A stretch of DNA of 64,000 nt. Origin: Eledone cirrhosa. Taxonomy: Eukaryota. Below the pieces are notes generated by a model that did no database searches, was not told the DNA's origin, and saw nothing but the letters and a program-made list of their open reading frames with translations. The stretch spans positions 34,162,001 through 34,226,000 of the forward strand of contig OZ024758.1 in the NCBI GenBank assembly GCA_964016885.1. Direction: 5' to 3'. The translations under genes were made by a program, and so were the position numbers. Positions 1 to 11,959 of the stretch are shown piece after piece (position 1 is the stretch's first letter; each line of letters starts with the position of its first letter).

Positions 1-3000
1 TCATGGTACTAGCTGTCAGAAGTAACTCCACTGTTGGTGAGAATTCATTTAAGTTCATGGTATTAGCTGTCAGAAGTAACTCCACTGTTGGTGAGAATTC
101 ATTTAAGTCATGGTATTAGCTCTCAGAAGTAACTCCATTGTTGGTGAGAATTCATTTAAGTCATGGTACTAGCTGTCAGAAGTAACTCCAATGTTGATGA
201 GAATTCATTTAAGTTCATGGTATTAGCTGTCAGAAGTAACTCCACTGTTGGTGAGAATTCATTTAAGTTCATGGTATTAGCTGTCAGAAGTAACTCCACT
301 GTTGGTGAGAATTCATTTAAGTTCATGGTACTAGCTGTCAGAAGTAACTCCACTGTTGGTGAGAATTCATTTAAGTTCATGGTATTAGTTTGTCAGAAGT
401 AACTCCACTGTTGGTGAGAATTCATTTAAGTCATGGTATTAGTTGTCAGAAGTAACTCCAATGTTGCTGAGAATTCATTTAAGTTCATGGTATTAGCTGT
501 CAGAAGTAACTCCACTGTTGGTGAGAATTCATTTAAGTTCATGGTATTAGCTGTCAGAAGTAACTCCACTGTTGGTGAGAATTCATTTAAGTCATGGTAT
601 TAGCTGTCAGAAGTAACTCCATTGTTGGTGAGAATTCATTTAAGTCATGGTATTAGTTGTCAGAAGTAACTCCAATGTTGGTGAGAATTCATTTAAGTCA
701 TGGTACTAGCTGTCAGAAGTAACTCCAATGTTGGTGAGAATTCATTTAAGTTCATGGTATTAGCTGTCAGAAGTAACTCCACTGTTGGTGAGAATTCATT
801 TAAGTTCATGGTATTAGCTGTCAGAAGTAACTCCACTGTTGGTGAGAATTCATTTAAGTTCATGGTACTAGCTGTCAGAAGTAACTCCACTGTTGGTGAG
901 AATTCATTTAAGTTCATGGTATTAGCTGTCAGAAGTAACTCCAATGTTGGTGAGAATTCATTTAAGTTCATGGTATTAGCTGTCAGAAGTAACTCCACTG
1001 TTGGTGAGAATTCATTTAAGTTCATGGTATTAGCTGTCAGAAGTAACTCCACTGTTGGTGAGAATTCATTTAAGTTCATGGTACTAGCTGTCAGAAGTAA
1101 CTCCACTGTTGGTGAGAATTCATTTAAGTTCATGGTATTAGTTTGTCAGAAGTAACTCCACTGTTGGTGAGAATTCATTTAAGTCATGGTATTAGTTGTC
1201 AGAAGTAACTCCACTGTTGGTGAGAATTCATTTAAGTCATGGTATTAGTTGTCAGAAGTAACTCCAATGTTGGTGAGAATTCATTTAAGTTCATGGTATT
1301 AGCTGTCAGAAGTAACTCCACTGTTGGTGAGAATTCATTTAAGTTCATGGTACTAGCTGTCAGAAGTAACTCCACTGTTGGTGAGAATTCATTTAAGTTC
1401 ATGGTATTAGCTGTCAGAAATAACTCCAATGTTGGTGAGAATTCATTTAAGTTCATGGTATTAGCTGTCAGAAGTAACTCCACTGTTGGTGAGAGTTCAT
1501 TTAAGTTCATGGTATTAGCTGTCAGAAGTAACTCCACTGTTGGTGAGAATTCATTTAAGTTCATGGTACTAGCTGTCAGAAGTAACTCCACTGTTGGTGA
1601 GAATTCATTTAAGTTCATGGTATTAGTTTGTCAGAAGTAACTCCACTGTTGGTGAGAATTCATTTAAGTCATGGTATTAGTTGTCAGAAGTAACTCCAAT
1701 GTTGGTGAGAATTCATTTAAGTCATGGTACTAGCTGTCAGAAGTAACTCCAATGTTGGTGAGAATTCATTTAAGTTCATGGTATTAGCTGTCAGAAGTAA
1801 CTCCACTGTTGGTGAGAATTCATTTAAGTTCATGGTATTAGCTGTCAGAAGTAACTCCACTGTTGGTGAGAATTCATTTAAGTTCATGGTACTGGGCTGT
1901 CAGAAGTAACTCCACTGTTGGTGAGAATTCATTTAAGTTCATGGTATTAGCTGTCAGAAGTAACTCCAATGTTGGTCAGAATTCATTTAAGTCATGGTAC
2001 TAGCTGTCAGAAGTAACTCCACTGTTGGTGAGAATTCATTTAAGTTCATGGTATTAGCTGTCAGAAGTAACTCCAATGTTGGTGAGAATTCATTTAAGTT
2101 CATGGTATTAGCTGTCAGAAGTAACTCCACTGTTGGTGAGAATTCATTTAAGTTCATGGTATTAGCTGTCAGAAGTAACTCCACTGTTGGTGAGAATTCA
2201 TTTAAGTTCATGGTACTAGCTGTCAGAAGTAACTCCACTGTTGGTGAGAATTCATTTAAGTTCATGGTATTAGTTTGTCAGAAGTAACTCCACTGTTGGT
2301 GAGAATTCATTTAAGTCATGGTATTAGTTGTCAGAAGTAACTCCAATGTTGGTGAGAATTCATTTAAGTCATGGTACTAGCTGTCAGAAGTAACTCCAAT
2401 GTTGGTGAGAATTCATTTAAGTTCATGGTATTAGCTGTCAGAAGTAACTCCACTGTTGGTGAGAATTCATTTAAGTCATGGTATTAGTTGTCACAAGTAA
2501 CTCCAATGTTGGTGAGAATTCATTTACGTTCATGGTATTAGCTCTCAGAAGTAACTCCACTGTTGGTGAGAATGCATTTAAGTTCATGGTATTAGCTGTC
2601 AGAAGTAACTCCACTGTTGGTGAGAATTCATTTAAGTTCATGGTATTAGCTGTCAGAAGTAACTCCACTGTTGGTGAGAATTCATTTAAGTTCATGGTAT
2701 TAGCTGTCAGAAGGAACTCCAATGTTGGTGAGAATTCATTTAAGTTCATGGTACTAGCTGTCAGAAGTAACTCCACTGTTGGTGAGAATTCATTTAAGTT
2801 CATGGTATTAGCTGTCAGAAGTAACTCCACTGTTGGTGAGAATTCATTTAAGTTCATGGTACTAGCTGTCAGAAGTAACTCCACTGTTGGTGAGAATTCA
2901 TTTAAGTTCATGGTACTAGCTGTCAGAAGTAACTCCAATGTTGGTGAGAATTCATTTAAGTTCATGGTATTAGCTGTCAGAAGTAACTCCACTGTTGGTG

Positions 3001-6000
3001 AGAATTCATTTAAGTTCATGGTACTAGCTGTCAGAAGTAACTCCACTGTTGGTGAGAATTCATTTAAGTTCATGGTATTAGCTGTCAGAAGTCACTCCAA
3101 TGTTGGTGAGAATTCATTTAAGTTCGTGGTATTAGCTGTCAGAAGTAACTCCACTGTTGGTGAGAATTCATTTAAGTTCATGGTATTAGCTGTCAGAAGT
3201 AACTCCACTGTTGGTGAGAATTCATTTAAGTTCATGGTATTAGCTGTCAGAAGTAACTCCACTGTTGGTGAGTATACATTTAAGTTCATGGTATTAGCTG
3301 TCAGAAGGAACTCCAATGTTGGTGAGAATTCATTTAAGTCATGGTACTAGCTGTCAGAAGTAACTCCACTGTTGGTGAGAATTCATTTAAGTTCATGGTA
3401 CTAGCTGTCAGAAGTAACTCCAATGTTGGTGAGAATTCATTTAAGTTCATGGTATTAGCTGTCAGAAGGAACTCCACTGTTGGTGAGAATTCATTTAAGT
3501 TCATGGTATTAGCTGTCAGAAGTAAGTCCACTGTTGGTGAGAATTCATTTAAGTTCATGGTACTAGTTGTCAGAAGTAACTCCACTGTTGGTAAGAATTC
3601 ATTTTAGTTCATGGTATTAGTTGTCAGAAGTAACTCCACTGTTGGTGAGAATTCATTTAAGTCTTGGTATTAGTTGTCAGAAGTAACTCCAATGCTGGTG
3701 AGAATTCATTTAAGTTCATGGTACTAGCTGTCAGAAGTAACTCCACTGTTGGTGAGAATTCATTTAAGTTCATGGTATTAGCTGTCAGAAGTAACTCCAC
3801 TGTTGGTGAGAATTCATTTAAGTCATGGTATTAGCTGTCAGAAGTAACTCCATTGTTGGTGAGAATTCATTTAAGTCATGGTACTAGCTGTCAGAAGTAA
3901 CTCCAATGTTGATGAGAATTCATTTAAGTTCATGGTATTAGCTGTCAGAAGTAACTCCACTGTTGGTGAGAATTCATTTAAGTTCATGGTATTAGCTGTC
4001 AGAAGTAACTCCACTGTTGGTGAGAATTCATTTAAGTTCATGGTACTAGCTGTCAGAAGTAACTCCACTGTTGGTGAGAATTCATTTAAGTTCATGGTAC
4101 TAGCTGTCAGAAGTAACTCCACTGTTGGTGAGAATTCATTTAAGTTCATGGTATTAGCTGTCAGAAGTAACTCCACTGTTGGTGAGAATTCATTTAAGTT
4201 CATGGTATTAGCTGTCAGAAGTAACTCCACTGTTGGTGAGAATTCATTTAAGTCATGGTATTAGCTGTCAGAAGTAACTCCATTGTTGGTGAGAATTCAT
4301 TTAAGTCATGGTACTAGCTGTCAGAAGTAACTCCACTGTTGGTGAGAATTCATTTAAGTTCATGGTACTAGCTGTCAGAAGTAACTCCACTGTTGGTGAG
4401 AATTCATTTAAGTTCATGGTACTAGCTGTCAGAAGAAACTCCACTGTTGGTGAGAATTCATTTAAGTTCATGGTACTAGCTGTCAGAAGTAACTCCACTG
4501 TTGGTGAGAATTCATTTAAGTTCAAGGTATTAGTTTGTCAGAAGTAACTCCACTGTTGGTGAGAATTCATTTAAGTCATGGTATTAGTTGTCAGAAGTAA
4601 CTCCAATGTTGGTGAGAATTCATTTAAGTTCATGGTACTAGCTGTCAGAAGTAACTCCACTGTTGGTGAGAATTCATTTAAGTTCATGGTATTAGCTGTC
4701 AGAAGTAACTCCACTGTTGGTGAGAATTCATTTAAGTCATGGTATTAGCTGTCAGAAGTAACTCCACTGTTGGTGAGAATTCATTTAAGTTCATGGTATT
4801 AGCTGTCAGAAGTAACTCCACTGTTGGTGAGAATTCATTTAAGTTCATGGTACTAGCTGTCAGAAGTAACTCCACTGTTGGTGAGAATTCATTTAAGTTC
4901 ATGGTACTAGCTGTCAGAAGTAACTCCACTGTTGGTGAGAATTCATTTAAGTTCATGGTATTAGCTGTCAGAAGTAACTCCACTGTTGGTGAGAATTCAT
5001 TTAAGTTCATGGTATTAGCTGTCAGAAGTAACTCCACTGTTGGTGAGAATTCATTTAAGTCATGGTATTAGCTGTCAGAAGTAACTCCATTGTTGGTGAG
5101 AATTCATTTAAGTCATGGTACTAGCTGTCAGAAGTAACTCCACTGTTGGTGAGAATTCATTTAAGTTCATGGTACTAGCTGTCAGAAGTAACTCCACTGT
5201 TGGTGAGAATTCATTTAAGTTCATGGTACTAGCTGTCAGAAGTAACTCCACTGTTGGTGAGAATTCATTTAAGTTCATGGTACTAGCTGTCAGAAGTAAC
5301 TCCACTGTTGGTGAGAATTCATTTAAGTTCAAGGTATTAGTTTGTCAGAAGTAACTCCACTGTTGGTGAGAATTCATTTAAGTCATGGTATTAGTTGTCA
5401 GAAGTAACTCCAATGTTGGTGAGAATTCATTTAAGTCATGGTACTAGCTGTCAGAAGTAACTCCAATGTTGGTGAGAATTCATTTACGTTCATGGTATTA
5501 GCTCTCAGAAGTAACTCCACTGTTGGTGAGAATTCATTTAAGTTCATGGTATTAGCTGTCAGAAGTAACTCCACTGTTGGTGAGAATTCATTTAAGTTCA
5601 TGGTATTAGCTGTCAGAAGTAACTCCACTGTTTGTGAGAATTCATTTAAGTTCATGGTATTAGCTGTCAGAAGGAACTCCAATGTTGGTGAGAATTCATT
5701 TAAGTCATGGTACTAGCTGTCAGAAGTAACTCCACTGTTGGTGAGAATTCATTTAAGTTCATGTTATTAGCTGTCAGAAGGAACGCCACTGTTGGTGAGA
5801 ATTCATTTAAGTTCATGGTACTAGCTGTCAGAAGTAACTCCACTGTTGGTGAGAATTCATTTAAGTTCATGGTATTAGCTGTCAGAAGTAACTCCACTGT
5901 TGGTGAGAATTCATTTAAGTCATGGTATTAGCTCTCAGAAGTAACTCCATTGTTGGTGAGAATTCATTTAAGTCATGGTACTAGCTGTCAGAAGTAACTC

Positions 6001-9000
6001 CAATGTTGATGAGAATTCATTTAAGTTCATGGTATTAGCTGTCAGAAGTAACTCCACTGTTGGTGAGAATTCATTTAAGTTCATGGTATTAGCTGTCAGA
6101 AGTAACTCCACTGTTGGTGAGAATTCTTTTAAGTTCATGGTACTAGCTGTCAGAAGTAACTCCACTGTTGGTGAGAATTCATTTACGTTCATGGTATTAG
6201 TTTGTCAGAAGTAACTCCACTGTTGGTGAGAATTCATTTAAGTCATGGTATTAGTTGTCAGAAGTAACTCCAATGTTGCTGAGAATTCATTTAAGTTCAT
6301 GGTACTAGCTGTCAGAAGTAACTCCACTGTTGGTGAGAATTCATTTAAGTTCATGGTACTAGCTGTCAGAAGTAACTCCACTGTTGGTGAGAATTCATTT
6401 AAGTTCATGGTATTAGTTTGTCAGAAGTAACTCCACTGTTGGTGAGAATTCATTTAAGTCATGGTATTAGTTGTCACAAGTAACTCCAATGTTGGTGAGA
6501 ATTCATTTAAGTCATGGTACTAGCTGTCAGAAGTAACTCCAATGTTGGTGAGAATTCATTTACGTTCATGGTATTAGCTCTCAGAAGTAACTCCACTGTT
6601 GGTGAAAATGCATTTAAGTTCATGGTATTAGCTGTCAGAAGTAACTCCACTGTTGGTGAGAATTCATTTAAGTTCATGGTATTAGCTGTCAGAAGTAACT
6701 CCACTGTTGGTGAGAATTCATTTAAGTTCATGGTATTAGCTGTCAGAAGGAACTCCAATGTTGGTGAGAATTCATTTAAGTCATGGTACTAGCTGTCAGA
6801 AGTAACTCCACTGTTGGTGAGAATTCATTTAAGTTCATGGTATTAGCTGTCAGAAGTAACTCCACTGTTGGTGAGAATTCATTTAAGTTCATGGTACTAG
6901 CTGTCAGAAGTAACTCCACTGTTGGTGAGAATTCATTTAAGTTCATGGTACTAGCTGTCAGAAGTAACTCCACTGTTGGTGAGAATTCATTTAAGTTCAT
7001 GGTACTAGCTGTCAGAAGTAACTCCACTGTTGGTGAGAATTCATTTAAGTTCATGGTACTAGCTGTCAGAAGTAACTCCACTGTTGGTGAGAATTCATTT
7101 AAGTTCAAGGTATTAGTTTGTCAGAAGTAACTCCACTGTTGGTGAGAATTCATTTAAGTCATGGTATTAGTTGTCAGAAGTAACTCCAATGTTGGTGAGA
7201 ATTCAATTAAGTTCATGGTACTAGCTGTCAGAAGTAACTCCACTGTTGGTGAGAATTCATTTAAGTTCATGGTATTAGCTGTCAGAAGTAACTCCACTGT
7301 TGGTGAGAATTCATTTAAGTCATGGTATTAGCTGTCAGAAGTAACTCCATTGTTGGTGAGAATTCATTTAAGTCATGGTACTAGCTGTCAGAAGTAACTC
7401 CAATGTTGATGAGAATTCATTTAAGTTCATGGTATTAGCTGTCAGAAGTAACTCCACTGTTGGTGAGAATTCATTTAAGTTCATGGTATTAGCTGTCAGA
7501 AGTAACTCCACTGTTGGTGAGAATTCATTTAAGTTCATGGTACTAGCTGTCAGAAGTAACTCCACTGTTGGTGAGAATTCATTTAAGTTCATGGTACTAG
7601 CTGTCAGAAGTAACTCCACTGTTGGTGAGAATTCATTTAAGTTCATGGTATTAGCTGTCAGAAGTAACTCCACTGTTGGTGAGAATTCATTTAAGTTCAT
7701 GGTATTAGCTGTCAGAAGTAACTCCACTGTTGGTGAGAATTCATTTAAGTCATGGTATTAGCTGTCAGAAGTAACTCCATTGTTGGTGAGAATTCATTTA
7801 AGTCATGGTACTAGCTGTCAGAAGTAACTCCACTGTTGGTGAGAATTCATTTAAGTTCATGGTATTAGCTGTCAGAAGTAACTCCACTGTTGGTGAGAAT
7901 TCATTTAAGTTCATGGTACTAGCTGTCAGAAGTAACTCCACTGTTGGTGAGAATTCATTTACGTTCATGGTATTAGTTTGTCAGAAGTAACTCCACTGTT
8001 GGTGAGAATTCATTTAAGTCATGGTATTAGTTGTCAGAAGTAACTCCAATGTTGCTGAGAATTCATTTAAGTTCATGGTACTAGCTGTCAGAAGTAACTC
8101 CACTGTTGGTGAGAATTCATTTAAGTTCATGGTACTAGCTGTCAGAAGTAACTCCACTGTTGGTGAGAATTCATTTAAGTTCATGGTATTAGTTTGTCAG
8201 AAGTAACTCCACTGTTGGTGAGAATTCATTTAAGTCATGGTATTAGTTGTCACAAGTAACTCCAATGTTGGTGAGAATTCATTTAAGTCATGGTACTAGC
8301 TGTCAGAAGTAACTCCAATGTTGGTGAGAATTCATTTACGTTCATGGTATTAGCTCTCAGAAGTAACTCCACTGTTGGTGAAAATGCATTTAAGTTCATG
8401 GTATTAGCTGTCAGAAGTAACTCCACTGTTGGTGAGAATTCATTTAAGTTCATGGTATTAGCTGTCAGAAGGAACTCCACTGTTGGTGAGAATTCATTTA
8501 AGTTCATGGTATTAGCTGTCAGAAGTAAGTCCACTGTTGGTGAGAATTCATTTAAGTTCATGGTACTAGTTGTCAGAAGTAACTCCACTGTTGGTAAGAA
8601 TTCATTTTAGTTCATGGTATTAGTTGTCAGAAGTAACTCCACTGTTGGTGAGAATTCATTTAAGTCTTGGTATTAGTTGTCAGAAGTAACTCCAATGCTG
8701 GTGAGAATTCATTTAAGTTCATGGTACTAGCTGTCAGAAGTAACTCCACTGTTGGTGAGAATTCATTTAAGTTCATGGTATTAGCTGTCAGAAGTAACTC
8801 CACTGTTGGTGAGAATTCATTTAAGTCATGGTATTAGCTGTCAGAAGTAACTCCATTGTTGGTGAGAATTCATTTAAGTCATGGTACTAGCTGTCAGAAG
8901 TAACTCCAATGTTGATGAGAATTCATTTAAGTTCATGGTATTAGCTGTCAGAAGTAACTCCACTGTTGGTGAGAATTCATTTAAGTTCATGGTATTAGCT

Positions 9001-11959
9001 GTCAGAAGTAACTCCATTGTTGGTGAGAATTCATTTAAGTCATGGTACTAGCTGTCAGAAGTAACTCCACTGTTGGTGAGAATTCATTTAAGTTCATGGT
9101 ACTAGCTGTCAGAAGTAACTCCACTGTTGGTGAGAATTCATTTAAGTTCATGGTACTAGCTGTCAGAAGTAACTCCACTGTTGGTGAGAATTCATTTAAG
9201 TTCATGGTACTAGCTGTCAGAAGTAACTCCACTGTTGGTGAGAATTCATTTAAGTTCATGGTATTAGTTTGTCAGAAGTAACTCCACTGTTGGTGAGAAT
9301 TCATTTAAGTCATGGTATTAGTTGTCACAAGTAACTCCAATGTTGGTGAGAATTCATTTAAGTCATGGTACTAGCTGTCAGAAGTAACTCCAATGTTGGT
9401 GAGAATTCATTTACCTTCATGGTATTAGCTCTCAGAAGTAACTCCACTGTTGGTGAGAATGCATTTAAGTTCATGGTATTAGCTGTCAGAAGTAACTCCA
9501 CTGTTGGTGAGAATTCATTTAAGTTCATGGTATTAGCTGTCAGAAGTAACTCCACTGTTGGTGAGAATTCATTTAAGTTCATGGTATTAGCTGTCAGAAG
9601 GAACTCCAATGTTGGTGAGAATTCATTTAAGTTCATGGTACTAGCTGTCAGAAGTAACTCCACTGTTGGTGAGAATTCATTTAAGTTCATGGTACTAGCT
9701 GTCGGAAGTAACTCCACTGTTGGTGAGAATTCATTTAAGTTCATGGTATTAGCTGTCAGAAGTCACTCCAATGTTGGTGAGAATTCATTTAAGTTCGTGG
9801 TATTAGCTGTCAGAAGTAACTCCACTGTTGGTGAGAATTCATTTAAGTTCATGGTATTAGCTGTCAGAAGTAACTCCACTGTTGGTGAGAATTCATTTAA
9901 GTTCATGGTATTAGCTGTCAGAAGTAACTCCACTGTTGGTGAGTATACATTTAAGTTCATGGTATTAGCTGTCAGAAGGAACTCCAATGTTGGTGAGAAT
10001 TCATTTAAGTCATGGTACTAGCTGTCAGAAGTAACTCCACTGTTGGTGAGAATTCATTTAAGTTCATGGTACTAGCTGTCAGAAGTAACTCCAATGTTGG
10101 TGAGAATTCATTTAAGTTCATGGTATTAGCTGTCAGAAGGAACTCCACTGTTGGTGAGAATTCATTTAAGTTCATGGTATTAGCTGTCAGAAGTAAGTCC
10201 ACTGTTGGTGAGAATTCATTTAAGTTCATGGTACTAGTTGTCAGAAGTAACTCCACTGTTGGTAAGAATTCATTTTAGTTCATGGTATTAGTTGTCAGAA
10301 GTACCTCCACTGTTGGTGAGAATTCATTTAAGTCTTGGTATTAGTTGTCAGAAGTAACTCCAATGCTGGTGAGAATTCATTTAAGTTCATGGTACTAGCT
10401 GTCAGAAGTAACTCCACTGTTGGTCAGAATTCATTTAAGTTCATGGTATTAGCTGTCAGAAGTAACTCCACTGTTGGTGAGAATTCATTTAAGTCATGGT
10501 ATTAGCTGTCAGAAGTAACTCCATTGTTGGTGAGAATTCATTTAAGTCATGGTACTAGCTGTCAGAAGTAACTCCAATGTTGATGAGAATTCATTTAAGT
10601 TCATGGTATTAGCTGTCAGAAGTAACTCCACTGTTGGTGAGAATTCATTTAAGTTCATGGTATTAGCTGTCAGAAGTAACTCCACTGTTGGTGAGAATTC
10701 ATTTAAGTTCATGGTACTAGCTGTCAGAAGTAACTCCACTGTTGGTGAGAATTCATTTAAGTTCATGGTATTAGTTTGTCAGAAGTAACTCCACTGTTGG
10801 TGAGAATTCATTTAAGTCATGGTATTAGTTGTCAGAAGTAACTCCAATGTTGCTGAGAATTCATTTAAGTTCATGGTATTAGCTGTCAGAAGTAACTCCA
10901 ATGTTGGTGAGAATTCATTTAAGTTCATGGTATTAGCTGTCAGAAGTAACTCCACTGTTGGTGAGAATTCATTTAAGTCATGGTATTAGCTGTCAGAAGT
11001 AACTCCATTGTTGGTGAGAATTCATTTAAGTCATGGTACTAGCTGTCAGAAGTAACTCCACTGTTGGTGAGAATTCATTTAAGTTCATGGTACTAGCTGT
11101 CAGAAGTAACTCCACTGTTGGTGAGAATTCATTTAAGTTCATGGTACTAGCTGTCAGAAGTAACTCCACTGTTGGTGAGAATTCATTTAAGTTCATGGTA
11201 CTAGCTGTCAGAAGTAACTCCACTGTTGGTGAGAATTCATTTAAGTTCAAGGTATTAGTTTGTCAGAAGTAACTCCACTGTTGGTGAGAATTCATTTAAG
11301 TCATGGTATTAGTTGTCAGAAGTAACTCCAATGTTGGTGAGAATTCATTTAAGTCATGGTACTAGCTGTCAGAAGTAACTCCAATGTTGGTGAGAATTCA
11401 TTTACGTTCATGGTATTAGCTCTCAGAAGTAACTCCACTGTTGGTGAGAATTCATTTAAGTTCATGGTATTAGCTGTCAGAAGTAACTCCACTGTTGGTG
11501 AGAATTCATTTAAGTTCATGGTATTAGCTGTCAGAAGTAACTCCACTGTTGGTGAGAATTCATTTAAGTTCATGGTATTAGCTGTCAGAAGGAACTCCAA
11601 TGTTGGTGAGAATTCATTTAAGTCATGGTACTAGCTGTCAGAAGTAACTCCACTGTTGGTGAGAATTCATTTAAGTTCATGTTATTAGCTGTCAGAAGGA
11701 ACGCCACTGTTGGTGAGAATTCATTTAAGTTCATGGTATTAGCTGTCAGAAGTAACTCCACTGTTGGTGAGAATTCATTTAAGTCTTGGTATTAGTTGTC
11801 AGAAGTAACTCCAATGTTGGTGAGAATTCATTTAAGTTCATGGTACTAGCTGTCAGAAGTAACTCCACTGTTGGTGAGAATTCATTTAAGTTCATGGTAT
11901 TAGCTGTCAGAAGTAACTCCACTGTTGGTGAGAATTCATTTAAGTCATGGTATTAGCTC

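Noticed and set aside
26-47. Hairpin or dyad (cca-ctgt-tgg; gaattc) as a terminator or cruciform
   Set aside because: Stems are only 3-4 bp, which is expected by chance.
2471-3073. Leucine-rich-repeat-like motif in the minus-strand peptide (LLLTANTM resembles LxLxxNxL)
   Set aside because: An 18-aa period is shorter than canonical LRRs, the first conserved Leu is missing, the Asn is often Ser, and the frame is constantly broken.
3123-3140. CENP-B box at the ttcgtggtattagct variant
   Set aside because: It matches TTCG and the A of nTTCGnnnnAnnCGGGn but lacks CGGG (6 of 9 core bases).
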